Positions 38,191 to 48,886 of a stretch of 64,000 bases of DNA are shown piece by piece. The position numbers and the translations under genes were made by a program. Source of the stretch: an uncultured Flavobacteriaceae bacterium. GTDB lineage: Bacteria; Bacteroidota; Bacteroidia; NS11-12g; UBA955. Location of the stretch: positions 39 through 64,038 of the forward strand of contig CAZPHB010000016.1 of the NCBI GenBank assembly GCA_964586595.1, given 5' to 3'. Below the pieces are notes generated by a model. It was not told the origin of the DNA, ran no database searches, and saw only the letters and a list, made by a program, of their open reading frames with translations. The number at the start of each line of letters is the position of its first letter. Position 1 is the first letter of the stretch.

Positions 38191-41085
38191 ATGCGCCGAA
38201 TTGGGTTCTTGTTGTTGCTGCTCGGGCTGCTTCCAAAGAAGGTGGAGGCCCAGCATTTACGTACCCATCATGAATATTGGGCAGATTCGGTATTGCGCAC
38301 ACTTTCGCTTCGCGAGATGGCTGCGCAGATGATGATGGTGGCCGCCTGGAGCAATAAAGACGAAGCGCATACGGCACAAATTGAAGAATTGATTCACCGC
38401 GAGCGCATTGGAGGACTGATTTTTTTCCAGGGCACTGCCGAAAAACAAGTTTGGCTTACCAACTATTACCAGCAAATCAGCAAAACGCCCATGCTCATCG
38501 GCATTGACGGGGAATGGGGTCTGGCCATGCGGCTCAAGGATTTAGAACGCTATCCATATGCCATGACCCTTGGTGCGGCAGGCAGTGAAGGGCTTGCATT
38601 CCGCACCGGCGCAGCCATGGGGCGCGAATGCCGGCGTATTGGCGTGCATATCAACTTCGCGCCGGTGGTAGATGTCAATACCAACCCTTCGAATCCCATC
38701 ATTGGATTTCGGAGTTTTGGCGAACGCGCCACAGAGGTGCAAAGGCTGGCCAATGCATTCATACGCGGCATGCAAAGCGAGGGCGTGATGGCCTGCGCCA
38801 AACACTTCCCCGGACACGGTGATACCGAAACGGATTCACACCAGGACCTGCCTTTTCTGGGGTTCGACAGAAAGCGACTGGACAGCCTGGAACTGGCGCC
38901 TTTCCGCGCCGCCATAGCGCAGGATGTGGCTTCCATCATGGTTGGTCATCTGGAAGTACCTGCGCTGGACAGCACGCCGAACCTCCCTGCCAGCCTTTCA
39001 TCCAAAGTAGTCCGGGAACTGCTGCGCGGGGAGCTTGGATTTGAAGGACTGATCATCACCGACGCCCTGAACATGAAAGGGGTTAAACGCTTTTTCCCTC
39101 CGGGATATGCCGAATATGAAGCCTTTATGGCGGGAAACGACATCCTGCTGTTTCCGGAAAATGTTCCCTTGGCATTGGATCTGATCACAGCGGCTGTGGA
39201 CAGCGGTTTGGTGGACAGCTCCGAGGTGGCAGCCCGCGCCTTTCGCATCCTGTGTGCAAAAAGCAGGCAAGGCCTGAATGATTACAAGCCGGCAATCACC
39301 AGCCATCTGGACCTTTCCTTCTCCTTCAACAACAAAGGACAGTTTCTGGAGGAAGCCGCCAATAAAGGCATCACGCTGGTTTCTGACTATGACAAGCTGA
39401 TTCCCCTGAATGCCAACCATCCGTTCCGCATGGCGAGCCTTGCCGTGGGCAAATCAGATTATTACCGCTTTCAGGATGAGCTGAACCGCTACCACAAAAC
39501 CGACCGTTTTCTGGCAGACCGCAATGATGGTTACGGCAGTTTCAAAGCGCTGGAAGACACCTTGGCCTCCTACGACCTGGTGGTGCTTTCACTACATGAC
39601 GCCGGTTTATGGGGGAAAAAGGCTGTTCAGGTGCCGCAGGCCCTGCTGCAAACCATCCATAACCTGAATGAGCGCACACGTTTGATGGTGGTGAACTTCG
39701 GCAACCTGTATCAGCTGGGGCAAATGCCCAACATCAACAACGCCATTTCCGCTTTTGAAGACCATCCGGCCTTTCATGTACATACTGCTGCTGCGCTGTT
39801 TGGGATAGAACCTTTCGCAGGCAGGCTTCCGGCTGGCGTAAGTGCAGCCTGGCATGCCGGCACGGGTATTTCAACCGCCAAAATGCTGCATCCAAAAATC
39901 CCGGCCGCCGGCCCCATGGACTGCAAACCCGACAGCCTCATTCTGCGCAAAATTGATGCGATGTTGCAGCGCATCACCAGCTCAGGAGCGGCTCCGGGCG
40001 GACAGCTGCTGGTGGTACAAAAAGGCCGAAAAGTGCTGGAACGCAACTTCGGCAGTTTTGATTATTCAGGACAACGCCCGGTGAGTGCCGATGACCTGTA
40101 CGATGTTGCGTCCATCACCAAAACAGCTGCGACAACCCTGGCGTTCATGAAGCTGTACGAAGCAGGGAAACTACATCTGAGCGACCGCCTCGAACAATTC
40201 CTTCCGGAGTTTGACAGCAGCAACAAAAGCGGCATCACCATGGAACAGCTGTTGCTGCATGAAGCCGGACTTCAGGCGTGGATTCCTTTTTATCAGGATT
40301 TGTTGGCGCATCCTGAATACTTGCTTGACCGCAGCCATGCAGGTTGTGGCTGTTTGCAGGTTGCAGAAGGCGTGCACATGGACTCTACGTACCTGCGGTT
40401 CATCCACAAACGCATATTGGAATCGCCGGTGCAGGAACGCGGTCGATACGTGTACAGCGATTTGGGCATGATGCTGTTGCAGCGCGTCATCGAAAGCGTC
40501 AGCGGGGAACGGCTGAATGAGTATGTTCACCGACACTTCTATGCACCGATGGGACTGCAGCGCATCAGCTTTCTTCCGCTGGAGAAATACGACCGAAACA
40601 TGATTGCGCCAAGCACCGACGACCAAACCTTCAGAAAGCAGGTGTTGCGTGGATTTGTGCACGACCCTGCTGCAGCCATGCTGGGCGGCGTGAGCGGGCA
40701 TGCAGGGTTGTTTTCCAATGCCTCCGACCTTGCGGCGGTTTATGTGATGCTGCTGAATGGAGGCTATTACAATGGAATCCGTTTCCTCAAACCGGAAACC
40801 ATTGCACGCTTCACCAAAAAACAGCACAACACATCACGCCGCGGACTGGGCTTCGACAAACCGGAAACGAATCCGCGACTGGCCAGCCCCGCCAGCAGTT
40901 ATTGTGCTCCGGAAACCTTTGGACATACGGGTTTTACCGGAACTGCTGTTTGGGCCGACCCAAAAGAACAATTGATTTTTGTGTTCCTGAGCAACCGTGT
41001 GTACCCGGATGAAGGCAACAACAGCCTGGCCAAGAACAACTTCCGCACGGAGCTGCAGCGTTTGGTGTACGAAGCGTTGAATTAA
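38191..41085 (+). CDS. fusion protein: GH3 beta-N-acetylhexosaminidase (NagZ-like) + class C beta-lactamase-like/AmpH-like serine hydrolase; secreted
   Basis: Signal peptide; GH3 'KHFPGHGDTETDSH'; C-terminal 'ASITKTAATTL' SxxK and beta-lactamase fold motifs. Confidence 0.85.
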   Translation: MRRIGFLLLLLGLLPKKVEAQHLRTHHEYWADSVLRTLSLREMAAQMMMVAAWSNKDEAHTAQIEELIHRERIGGLIFFQGTAEKQVWLTNYYQQISKTPMLIGIDGEWGLAMRLKDLERYPYAMTLGAAGSEGLAFRTGAAMGRECRRIGVHINFAPVVDVNTNPSNPIIGFRSFGERATEVQRLANAFIRGMQSEGVMACAKHFPGHGDTETDSHQDLPFLGFDRKRLDSLELAPFRAAIAQDVASIMVGHLEVPALDSTPNLPASLSSKVVRELLRGELGFEGLIITDALNMKGVKRFFPPGYAEYEAFMAGNDILLFPENVPLALDLITAAVDSGLVDSSEVAARAFRILCAKSRQGLNDYKPAITSHLDLSFSFNNKGQFLEEAANKGITLVSDYDKLIPLNANHPFRMASLAVGKSDYYRFQDELNRYHKTDRFLADRNDGYGSFKALEDTLASYDLVVLSLHDAGLWGKKAVQVPQALLQTIHNLNERTRLMVVNFGNLYQLGQMPNINNAISAFEDHPAFHVHTAAALFGIEPFAGRLPAGVSAAWHAGTGISTAKMLHPKIPAAGPMDCKPDSLILRKIDAMLQRITSSGAAPGGQLLVVQKGRKVLERNFGSFDYSGQRPVSADDLYDVASITKTAATTLAFMKLYEAGKLHLSDRLEQFLPEFDSSNKSGITMEQLLLHEAGLQAWIPFYQDLLAHPEYLLDRSHAGCGCLQVAEGVHMDSTYLRFIHKRILESPVQERGRYVYSDLGMMLLQRVIESVSGERLNEYVHRHFYAPMGLQRISFLPLEKYDRNMIAPSTDDQTFRKQVLRGFVHDPAAAMLGGVSGHAGLFSNASDLAAVYVMLLNGGYYNGIRFLKPETIARFTKKQHNTSRRGLGFDKPETNPRLASPASSYCAPETFGHTGFTGTAVWADPKEQLIFVFLSNRVYPDEGNNSLAKNNFRTELQRLVYEALN

Positions 41086-41118
41086 CGTGTACTGCCCGGG
41101 GCTGCCTATTTTTGCCGC

Positions 41119-41967
41119 ATGAAAGTTGAAGCGGCATCCTTGTCTGTTCAAAAGTTGCACCAGCTGTTGCTGGGCGCCATTGGTCCACGACCTATTTGTT
41201 TTGCCAGCACCGTAGATGCCGAAGGCCGGCGCAACCTGGCTCCCTTCAGCTTCTTCAATGTATTCAGTGCCAATCCGCCCATCGTGGTGTTCAGTCCTGC
41301 CCGCAGCGGACGCGACGGCAGCAACAAGCATACTTACGAGAATGTGCTTGAAGTTCCCGAGGTGGTCATCAACGTAGTGAACTATGCCATGGTGCATCAA
41401 ACCAGCCTGGCCAGTTCACCCTTTGCCAAGGGCGTTGATGAATTCGAAAAAACAGGCTTCACACCTTTGGCCTCCGAACAGGTAAGGCCCTGGAGGGTTG
41501 CAGAAAGTCCGGTGCAGATGGAATGCGATGTACTGGAAGTACGACCTTTAGGCGATGGCGGAGGCAGCGGGAATCTGGTGATTTGCCAGGTGAAACTGAT
41601 CCACGTGAACGACGAAATTCTGGATGCCGATGGCCGCATCGACCAGACCAAAATCGATTTGGTGGCACGTATGGGCGGCGACTGGTACTGCCGCGCACAT
41701 GGCGATGCGCTGTTCAGCATTGCAAAACCACTCACAACGGTAGGGCTGGGTGTTGATGCGCTGCCGGAGCACATCCGCTTAAGCCACAGACTTACGGGCA
41801 ACCACCTGGGCATGTTGGGCAATCAGGAAACCTGGCCGGGCGAAGAAGAGATACAGGCAGCGCTCAGCACGTTTGGAGCGCATCCAAGCGCTGAAGATGT
41901 GGCCATGCGCCTGCTCGACCAGGGCGAAGCCCGCGCAGCACTATGCGTGTTGCTGGGAAGTGTTTGA
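41119..41967 (+). CDS. flavin reductase-like domain protein
   Basis: 'RPICFASTVDAEGRRNLAPFSFFNVFSANPPIVVFS' flavin reductase-like FMN-binding fold. Confidence 0.65.
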   Translation: MKVEAASLSVQKLHQLLLGAIGPRPICFASTVDAEGRRNLAPFSFFNVFSANPPIVVFSPARSGRDGSNKHTYENVLEVPEVVINVVNYAMVHQTSLASSPFAKGVDEFEKTGFTPLASEQVRPWRVAESPVQMECDVLEVRPLGDGGGSGNLVICQVKLIHVNDEILDADGRIDQTKIDLVARMGGDWYCRAHGDALFSIAKPLTTVGLGVDALPEHIRLSHRLTGNHLGMLGNQETWPGEEEIQAALSTFGAHPSAEDVAMRLLDQGEARAALCVLLGSV

Positions 41968-42054
41968 TTCGGGCTGGAATTCCGTGCGGTTGGTACAAGC
42001 TGTGCAAATCTGACCCCGCAGGAACAATGGCTATACGGCATGTGCTTGTTCCGT

Positions 42055-45042
42055 TCAGCGGATCAGCTGAATGGTCCCATTTCCGCGTTCGGTTGGGCCA
42101 TCCTTTCTTTTGCGCGTGAACAGATAATAGTAAACGCCCTCCGGCAGCTCAGCACCAGTATTGTCCACGCGCCCATTCCAGCAATCTTCCGGAGCAGTTG
42201 CATGGAAAACAAGCAAACCCCATCGGTTGTAGATGTATAAATCCAGCTCATCGCAGGAACTGCTGATGCCTGCCAAACGGTAGCAATCATTCACCAGGTC
42301 GCCGTTTGGTGTGAATACATTCGGCACTTCCAGAATCCCGGTGGAATCGGTGAGCACAGCCACGGGGAATATTGCCGAATCCGGACAGCGCCCGGCGGAA
42401 TTAGTCGTCTTCAAACGCACAATCCAATTACCCTTTGTGTAAGCGTGTTTCACCTCAAAGCCGCTGGCCGAAGCTCCATCACCAAAAAACCATACGGGAT
42501 TGGCCACATTGGTGCCATTCACCTTAAAGTTTACCGTTTGGCTGCAGGGCTGGATGTCATAAACCGGTTCCACCTGCGCACCATCTTCCAGTATTAACTG
42601 GTACACGGCGCTGTCGTTGACGTTGCAGCTGAAACTGTCCAGCACCCTAAGCACAATTCTGAACGTTCCGCCCTTGCTGTATTGATGCACGGGATCTCGC
42701 TGGTTCGAGGTGGTTCCATCGCCAAAATCCCACAGGAAGCTGCGGGCATTTCGGCTTTTGTTGGTGAACCGGACGGTAAGCGGCGCACACCCTGTCTTTG
42801 GCTGCAGGTCGAAATCGGCCTCTACAGCATAGGTAATGTTGAAATCAATTTTGAAGCTGGCATTGCTGCATCGGTAGCTCAAATTCTTGGGGAATACCAC
42901 ACCGGGCGTTATCGGAAAATCGTTGAGGCCGGGTGGTTCAGGTGGACAGCTGGCGCACACGCTCTGGTAGATGACGCCGGATTTATCAAAGCGACTGGTT
43001 CCACCGTCCACATGGTCTTCACTTTCATCTCCGCCGAAGAAGGTTGCATATTGAAGTGCTTTGGCATCACGACCCAATACATACAGGTAAAAGTCGCTGC
43101 CGTCTGTGGTGGATTGCAGCGCATTGCTGCTCACCTCCAGCCTGTCCGTGGTGCTGGACGTATTCGGTGGAATATTGCTTCCCCAGGCACTTACATAGAT
43201 GTTGTAGCAATTGTCCACCATGAACGCCGAGGGACAGAGCTGCGCGATGCGTGCCAAGCTGCCGTAGGTGGTTACAAATTCCAACGAGTCGAGGTTATGG
43301 GTAAAACGCGCCACAAACTGACCGGTTTGGTCGTTGCCGTAGGTTCCGGGCGTGCGGGTAATTACACCGGTGGTTTGGCCCATGGCGTAAAGCTTGTCGT
43401 CCACATCAAAATCGATGAAGTACACCTGGTCATAATCGGCGGTTCCATAGAAACTGGTTTTCAGGAAATCACCTGTTTCTCTGTTCAGGTGGGCGATCCA
43501 TCCATCGGCAGAACCACCTGCATAGGTCATCTGCAGACCTGAATCCACCATGGCCAGGCTGCGGTTGGTTGTTCCACCGGCCACCCAAAGACCGCCGGAG
43601 CGGTCCAGTTTTACGCTGTACGCCGCTTCGCTGCCTGCTGTTCCGTAGAACGTACTCCAGCGCAGCTGATTCAAAGTACTGTCGAACGAGAACATATAGG
43701 CATCCAGCCCGCCGGCATGCGTGGTTTGAAAAGCTCCCGGAGTTGTAGTGGCATTGCTGCTTTGGGTGCAGGTAGCCACATACACGTTGTTGGAATCATC
43801 GGTGATGATGTCACCGCGGAAATCATCGGCATAGTTGTGGCGCAGCGCACCGGTCACCAAGCCATCGCGGTTGCTTCCGCCCATAAATGTTCCCGCAAGC
43901 AATGTATTCCCCTGCGCATTGAGGCGCATCACAACAATGTCAAATGCGCCATTGAAGGAAGTATCGTATCCTTTTTTTCCGGGGAAATTGTTGCTGGCGG
44001 TAGTTCCCAGCATCCAGAGGTTGTTGCTGCGGTCCACCACCAGGCTGTGCGGATATTCATCGTTCCAGCCACCAATGTATGTGGCATAGCGCAACTGCTT
44101 CCCGTCGCTGCTGTATTTACTGATGCTGATATCTGCCGGCAAATTGGCAGGGGTGACACCTATTCCTCCGCCATAAACTGTCTGATAAGCGCCGGCAGTG
44201 ACGGGGTATTCCCCTTCCGAATTGTCCACAATACCACCTGCGTACAGACTTCCTTCTTCATCATAGGTTGCGGTAAATCCGAAGTTATCGCCTACAGAAC
44301 CGCTGTAGGTGCTGAACACCAGCGTTGGATCGATGACCAGCGGGAGGCTGCGGTCGTAATTCCCTAATATGAATGAAACCGTTTGTCCATTGGTCTGAAA
44401 CCTGGCCGTTACCGGAACGGTATCCTGTTGCCGCACCTGCCAAGCCAGTGGGGCGGTTTCAATCCAGTCGCCCAGGCTGTTGCGTATGCGCAGCGAACCT
44501 TGTTCGTCGAGCCACATGCCTTCCTGACCCTCGTAACGCATTTGAATACGGTTTGGGTCGGCACCCGGTGCAAGCAGCCAGGTGCTGCGCGGAAAACCGG
44601 AAGGTGCATCAAACTCCAGGTCAATTCCCGGGTAAACGTTGTTCCAACGAATGCGGGCCGCCGCGTGCAGATCTGTTTTCCAGTGCGAAGGGTCATTCCC
44701 CAGAAAATAATTATAGCCCGCAGGACCCTCTTCAAGGGCTATAGGCTGCACCGGTGTGCAGTTTAAAAACGTAACGCGCAAGGCATGGCGGCGCACCACA
44801 AAAGTGGAATCAAAACGTTTCAGTCGGTGGAAATGGTTCCAGGCGGCATGGTGGTCATCGCGGTGTAACAGGTTTAGGGTCCAACCGTTGGTACGGGCAA
44901 AGAACCCTCCGCCATTGATTCCGGCATGAAAAGCATAATCACCCGACCATTGACCTTTATTGGGCATGAATACGCCCTGCGCCTTGAGCATCGCAAAAAG
45001 GCTCAAACACAAAAGAGAAAGCAGCAAGCGCCTGCGCATCAA
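42055..45042 (-). CDS. large secreted protein with SBBP beta-propeller repeats, PKD domain and T9SS type-B (gliding-motility-associated) C-terminal domain
   Basis: Signal peptide [22 protein letters not shown]; PKD '[11 protein letters not shown]'; C-terminus '[18 protein letters not shown]...[13 protein letters not shown]...GVYYYLF'. Confidence 0.75.
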   Translation of the reverse strand: MMRRRLLLSLLCLSLFAMLKAQGVFMPNKGQWSGDYAFHAGINGGGFFARTNGWTLNLLHRDDHHAAWNHFHRLKRFDSTFVVRRHALRVTFLNCTPVQPIALEEGPAGYNYFLGNDPSHWKTDLHAAARIRWNNVYPGIDLEFDAPSGFPRSTWLLAPGADPNRIQMRYEGQEGMWLDEQGSLRIRNSLGDWIETAPLAWQVRQQDTVPVTARFQTNGQTVSFILGNYDRSLPLVIDPTLVFSTYSGSVGDNFGFTATYDEEGSLYAGGIVDNSEGEYPVTAGAYQTVYGGGIGVTPANLPADISISKYSSDGKQLRYATYIGGWNDEYPHSLVVDRSNNLWMLGTTASNNFPGKKGYDTSFNGAFDIVVMRLNAQGNTLLAGTFMGGSNRDGLVTGALRHNYADDFRGDIITDDSNNVYVATCTQSSNATTTPGAFQTTHAGGLDAYMFSFDSTLNQLRWSTFYGTAGSEAAYSVKLDRSGGLWVAGGTTNRSLAMVDSGLQMTYAGGSADGWIAHLNRETGDFLKTSFYGTADYDQVYFIDFDVDDKLYAMGQTTGVITRTPGTYGNDQTGQFVARFTHNLDSLEFVTTYGSLARIAQLCPSAFMVDNCYNIYVSAWGSNIPPNTSSTTDRLEVSSNALQSTTDGSDFYLYVLGRDAKALQYATFFGGDESEDHVDGGTSRFDKSGVIYQSVCASCPPEPPGLNDFPITPGVVFPKNLSYRCSNASFKIDFNITYAVEADFDLQPKTGCAPLTVRFTNKSRNARSFLWDFGDGTTSNQRDPVHQYSKGGTFRIVLRVLDSFSCNVNDSAVYQLILEDGAQVEPVYDIQPCSQTVNFKVNGTNVANPVWFFGDGASASGFEVKHAYTKGNWIVRLKTTNSAGRCPDSAIFPVAVLTDSTGILEVPNVFTPNGDLVNDCYRLAGISSSCDELDLYIYNRWGLLVFHATAPEDCWNGRVDNTGAELPEGVYYYLFTRKRKDGPTERGNGTIQLIR

Positions 45043-45126
45043 TGTACGAATTTAGCCAAATATACCAATCACCGCGGTGCAAGCCGCAAGAGCCCTGCTG
45101 CAGACAGTATATTTGCGGGAATTTCC

Positions 45127-46632
45127 ATGGAACTGAATGAACAACAACTGCTGCGCAGACAATCGCTGGGCAGGCTTCGTGAATTAGGCATTGACCCGTT
45201 TCCGGCAGAAGGTTTTGATGTGAACTGCACGGCAGCGCACATACACGCCAACTACACACCGGGAAAATCCGGCTTTGAAGCCGTGGCACTGGCCGGAAGA
45301 CTGATGACCCGCAGAATCATGGGCAAGGCTTCATTCGCCGATTTGCAGGATGCCACCGGCAGGGTGCAGCTGTACATCAACCGCGATGAGCTTTGTCCGG
45401 GGGAAGATAAAACGTTCTACAACGAGGTATTCAAAAAGCTGTTGGACATTGGCGACATCATCGGCGTGCTGGGGCATGTTTTCACCACACAAACAGGTGA
45501 AACGTCGGTGCACGTGCACAGCCTGCGCCTGTTGAGCAAATGCCTGAATCCGCTCCCTTTGCCCAAGGAAAAAGACGGCGTGGTTTTCGACGCATTTACA
45601 GATCCGGAAGCCCGACATCGCATGCGTTATGTGGATCTGGTGGTGAATCCGGGCATCAGGGAAACCTTCATCAAGCGCAGCCGCATCATCCAAAGCCTGC
45701 GCGATTTATTCAACAGCAAAGGTTACCTGGAAGTGGAAACGCCCATCCTGCAACCCGTTCATGGCGGAGCTGCAGCCCGTCCTTTTGCCACGCACCACAA
45801 CGCCCTCGACATCCCTTTGTACCTGCGCATTGCCAATGAATTGTACCTGAAACGCTTGATTGTGGGCGGCTTTGACGGCGTTTATGAATTTGCCAAGAAC
45901 TTCAGGAATGAAGGCATTGACCGCACGCACAATCCGGAGTTTACCGGACTTGAAATCTATGTAGCCTACAAAGACTACCACTGGATGATGGATTTTACGG
46001 AAGAGATGCTTGAGAAAGCCGCCATCGACGTGAATGGCAGCAGCACGGTAAGCTGCGGGGTGCATGAAATCTCTTTTCAGCGGCCCTTCCGCCGCATAAC
46101 GATGCACGATGCCATTCTGGAATATGCAGGCGTGGACATCAGCGGCATGGATGAAGCTGCACTGCGCGACACCGCAAAAAAACTGGGTGTGGAAGTGGAT
46201 CCGAAAATGGGTGCCGGCAAAATCATCGACGAACTGTTCAGCGAAAAAGTAGAGAAGAATCTGATTCAGCCGACCTTCATCCTGGACTATCCCCTTGAAC
46301 TGAGCCCACTTACCAAAAAACACCGGGAGAAAAACGGTTTGGTAGAGCGCTTTGAGCTATACGTCAACGGCAAGGAACTGGCCAATGCCTATACCGAGCT
46401 GAACGACCCCATGGATCAGTTTGAACGTTTTGAAGAACAGCTGAAGTTGGCGGCCCGTGGCGATGAGGAAGCCATGGCCATGGATCACGATTTCCTGAGG
46501 GCACTCGAATACGGCATGCCTCCAACCGCCGGACTTGGCATTGGCATCGATCGTCTTGCCATGTTGCTTACCAATCAGCAGAGCATTCAGGAAGTATTGT
46601 TCTTCCCTCAAATGCGCCCGGAACACGGTTGA
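45127..46632 (+). CDS. lysS: lysine-tRNA ligase (class II)
   Basis: Start chosen at [14 protein letters not shown]; anticodon-binding OB; class II motifs 'FRNEGID' and 'GLGIGIDRL'. Confidence 0.9.
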   Translation: MELNEQQLLRRQSLGRLRELGIDPFPAEGFDVNCTAAHIHANYTPGKSGFEAVALAGRLMTRRIMGKASFADLQDATGRVQLYINRDELCPGEDKTFYNEVFKKLLDIGDIIGVLGHVFTTQTGETSVHVHSLRLLSKCLNPLPLPKEKDGVVFDAFTDPEARHRMRYVDLVVNPGIRETFIKRSRIIQSLRDLFNSKGYLEVETPILQPVHGGAAARPFATHHNALDIPLYLRIANELYLKRLIVGGFDGVYEFAKNFRNEGIDRTHNPEFTGLEIYVAYKDYHWMMDFTEEMLEKAAIDVNGSSTVSCGVHEISFQRPFRRITMHDAILEYAGVDISGMDEAALRDTAKKLGVEVDPKMGAGKIIDELFSEKVEKNLIQPTFILDYPLELSPLTKKHREKNGLVERFELYVNGKELANAYTELNDPMDQFERFEEQLKLAARGDEEAMAMDHDFLRALEYGMPPTAGLGIGIDRLAMLLTNQQSIQEVLFFPQMRPEHG

Positions 46633-46657
46633 TATACACCTGCGTAATTGCCTATAA

Positions 46658-46695
46658 AAAAAGCCGCTCCATGATTATGGAGCGGCTTTTTTGTG
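46658..46695. terminator. bidirectional Rho-independent terminator between lysS (+) and the PPIase gene (-)
   Basis: aaaaaagccgctccatgattatggagcggcttttttg: A-run, hairpin, T-run. Confidence 0.8.
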
Positions 46696-46709
46696 CAGCG
46701 CTTCTTGGC

Positions 46710-48842
46710 TTAGAAGAACTTATAGCGGTAATCCTTAATGCCCGCAAGTTTGCGCATGGCATCGGTAATCTTACCTTCAATTTGTTGCGAGGAGTTTTGC
46801 ATGTCCAACATGATGCGGCGACTTTCGAGGCCGGTTTTCGGGGCTTCCACATTGTTCACCTTATCAATCATGATGACGCTTACGCCGTTCGCGCCAATGA
46901 TGGGCTGACTCATCACTTTTTCCTTCAAACCGAAGATCGCGCCTATGATGCGCATATCTGCACCTACAAATGGCAATGAACCGTTGGAGAAATTTTGGTT
47001 TTCGATTGGCTGGGCAATGGTTTGCAGCTTGATGGCCAATTCTTCCATGGTTTTCACACCTTTCATGGCTGCTTCCATCTTTTCTTTCAGCTTTTCACCT
47101 TTCTTTTCATTGCGGACCAGAGGTTCGATGCGTTCGCGAATGTCCTTCACACGGGCGTAACCTTCCTTCTTGAGTGTAGTGAGGCGCACCACAATTTGGC
47201 GGCTGCCGCTGTTGAATACCGGAGAAATGGCACCTTCTTCTGTTTCCGCATCAAAAGCCCAACGAATCACATCAGAGGCTGATTCTGCTCCGGGAATCCC
47301 GCGATCTCCGGGTTTCAGGTCTTTGGCCACACGCGGATTCAGGTTCTGCTTTTCTATTTGTTTCTCGAACGATTTAGGATCAGACTCATTGAGCGCTGAG
47401 CGGAATTGGTTGCTGATGTTCGATACGCTGTCGATGGTGTGGCTTCCGGGGGTAATGTCCTGTTTGGTGGAAGCGAACTTATACACCAGGTTGTTCGGCG
47501 CAGACAATGCCTTGATGACGTGCAAAGCGCCATTCATTCCACGTACCAGGGTGATTGCTCCGGCGCTGAGTGAAGCAGCAGCTTTTTCAAACGCAGGACC
47601 ATATTGCGTGGCAATTTCGCCCGAGGACCTCCAACCCAGATTACCGCCATTGGAAGAAGTAGCATAATCTGTGCTGTTGTTGGCGGCGAGTTTGGCAAAA
47701 TCTTCGCCGGCGCGGGCTTTGCCCAATACTTCAGCAGCCAACCTTTGCGCGGCAGCAGAATCCGGAATATTCGCTGCATTTGGCGACAAGGTAATCTGTG
47801 CCACATTGTACCGCGTCATGGAATCGGCTTTTTGATCCACCTTCACATACACGTAGAACGCGCCATCTGCGTACATCGGGCCAACCACTTCGCCTATTGG
47901 CGCAGCAATGGCCATGTTTTCCACAGCAGCAGGAAGTGATCCGGGTGGAACCCAACGGTTTTCCACGCGGCTGTCGTTGGTATCGGGTTTGTTCGAACGG
48001 AAGTTGTCGGCAACGGTGAGCGCTGCGCGCAGGTTTTCAGCGGTATCGGCACGGGTAGGGTTGATGTCCCAAACCACGTAATCCAGATCGCGAGATTCCT
48101 CCTGTTTGTATTCCTCCTTGTGTTCACGCAGGTAGGCTTCCAAATCTTCGTCCGTAATCTTAATGTCCTTATCGGCAATGGAATTCAGATTCAGCGAAAC
48201 CACCTTTCCATTCACCGTTCTGTTGCTGTTGATGTAATCTTGCTTCAGGTATGCTTTGGAATAGTAGTTACACTTGCTGATGTAGTTCAGGTAGCGTTCG
48301 CGCAGCACCTCTGTTTCGATTTGCTTCTTCAGGTTGTTTACGAACTCCTGAGCCAAGGGTGAACTTTGGTATTGGTTGTTGAGGAAATCGCGAACGGTTT
48401 TGGGAGAAAAAACGCCTTTTTCGTCTGTGAAGTATTGCTTCACGAGCTGGTGCGGATTTTTTCCGAGCAGGAGTTCCACCCATTCGTCTTCGCCAATGGT
48501 GAAGCCTGCGCGACGGTATTCTTCCTCCGTTACGTATTTTTCCACGAGTTGACCCCATGTTACACCGCGGATGTATTCGCGGATTTGATCATTCAACTCC
48601 TTTTGACCGGTGTTTTGAAGGTAGTTTTTCTCATTGGTTTCGTTCAACTGGTTGAACTCTTCAATGTTGACTTTCACGCCGTTCATCACGGCCACGGAGT
48701 TGTCGGCGGGACCGGAGTTGCCGCCTGTACTGGTTAATAGGTCGCTTACAACAAACAGAATAAGGGCTGCGATCACAACGATCACCACCCATCCGGAATT
48801 GCGCAGCTTGGTAATTACAGCCATATCGCTAAAGGTGCGCAA
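46710..48842 (-). CDS. periplasmic peptidyl-prolyl cis-trans isomerase, SurA/PpiD-like (710 aa)
   Basis: N-terminal TM/signal; SurA_N-like region; parvulin-type PPIase segments. Confidence 0.75.
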   Translation of the reverse strand: MRTFSDMAVITKLRNSGWVVIVVIAALILFVVSDLLTSTGGNSGPADNSVAVMNGVKVNIEEFNQLNETNEKNYLQNTGQKELNDQIREYIRGVTWGQLVEKYVTEEEYRRAGFTIGEDEWVELLLGKNPHQLVKQYFTDEKGVFSPKTVRDFLNNQYQSSPLAQEFVNNLKKQIETEVLRERYLNYISKCNYYSKAYLKQDYINSNRTVNGKVVSLNLNSIADKDIKITDEDLEAYLREHKEEYKQEESRDLDYVVWDINPTRADTAENLRAALTVADNFRSNKPDTNDSRVENRWVPPGSLPAAVENMAIAAPIGEVVGPMYADGAFYVYVKVDQKADSMTRYNVAQITLSPNAANIPDSAAAQRLAAEVLGKARAGEDFAKLAANNSTDYATSSNGGNLGWRSSGEIATQYGPAFEKAAASLSAGAITLVRGMNGALHVIKALSAPNNLVYKFASTKQDITPGSHTIDSVSNISNQFRSALNESDPKSFEKQIEKQNLNPRVAKDLKPGDRGIPGAESASDVIRWAFDAETEEGAISPVFNSGSRQIVVRLTTLKKEGYARVKDIRERIEPLVRNEKKGEKLKEKMEAAMKGVKTMEELAIKLQTIAQPIENQNFSNGSLPFVGADMRIIGAIFGLKEKVMSQPIIGANGVSVIMIDKVNNVEAPKTGLESRRIMLDMQNSSQQIEGKITDAMRKLAGIKDYRYKFF

Positions 48843-48886
48843 AATAAGGCCGAGTGCAACAAAAATGCAAAGATTGATTCAAGGCA

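Noticed and set aside
44926-45126. 67-codon N-terminal extension of the lysS ORF
   Set aside because: Overlaps the start of the divergent 995-aa gene and is not LysS-like; true start taken at [11 protein letters not shown].
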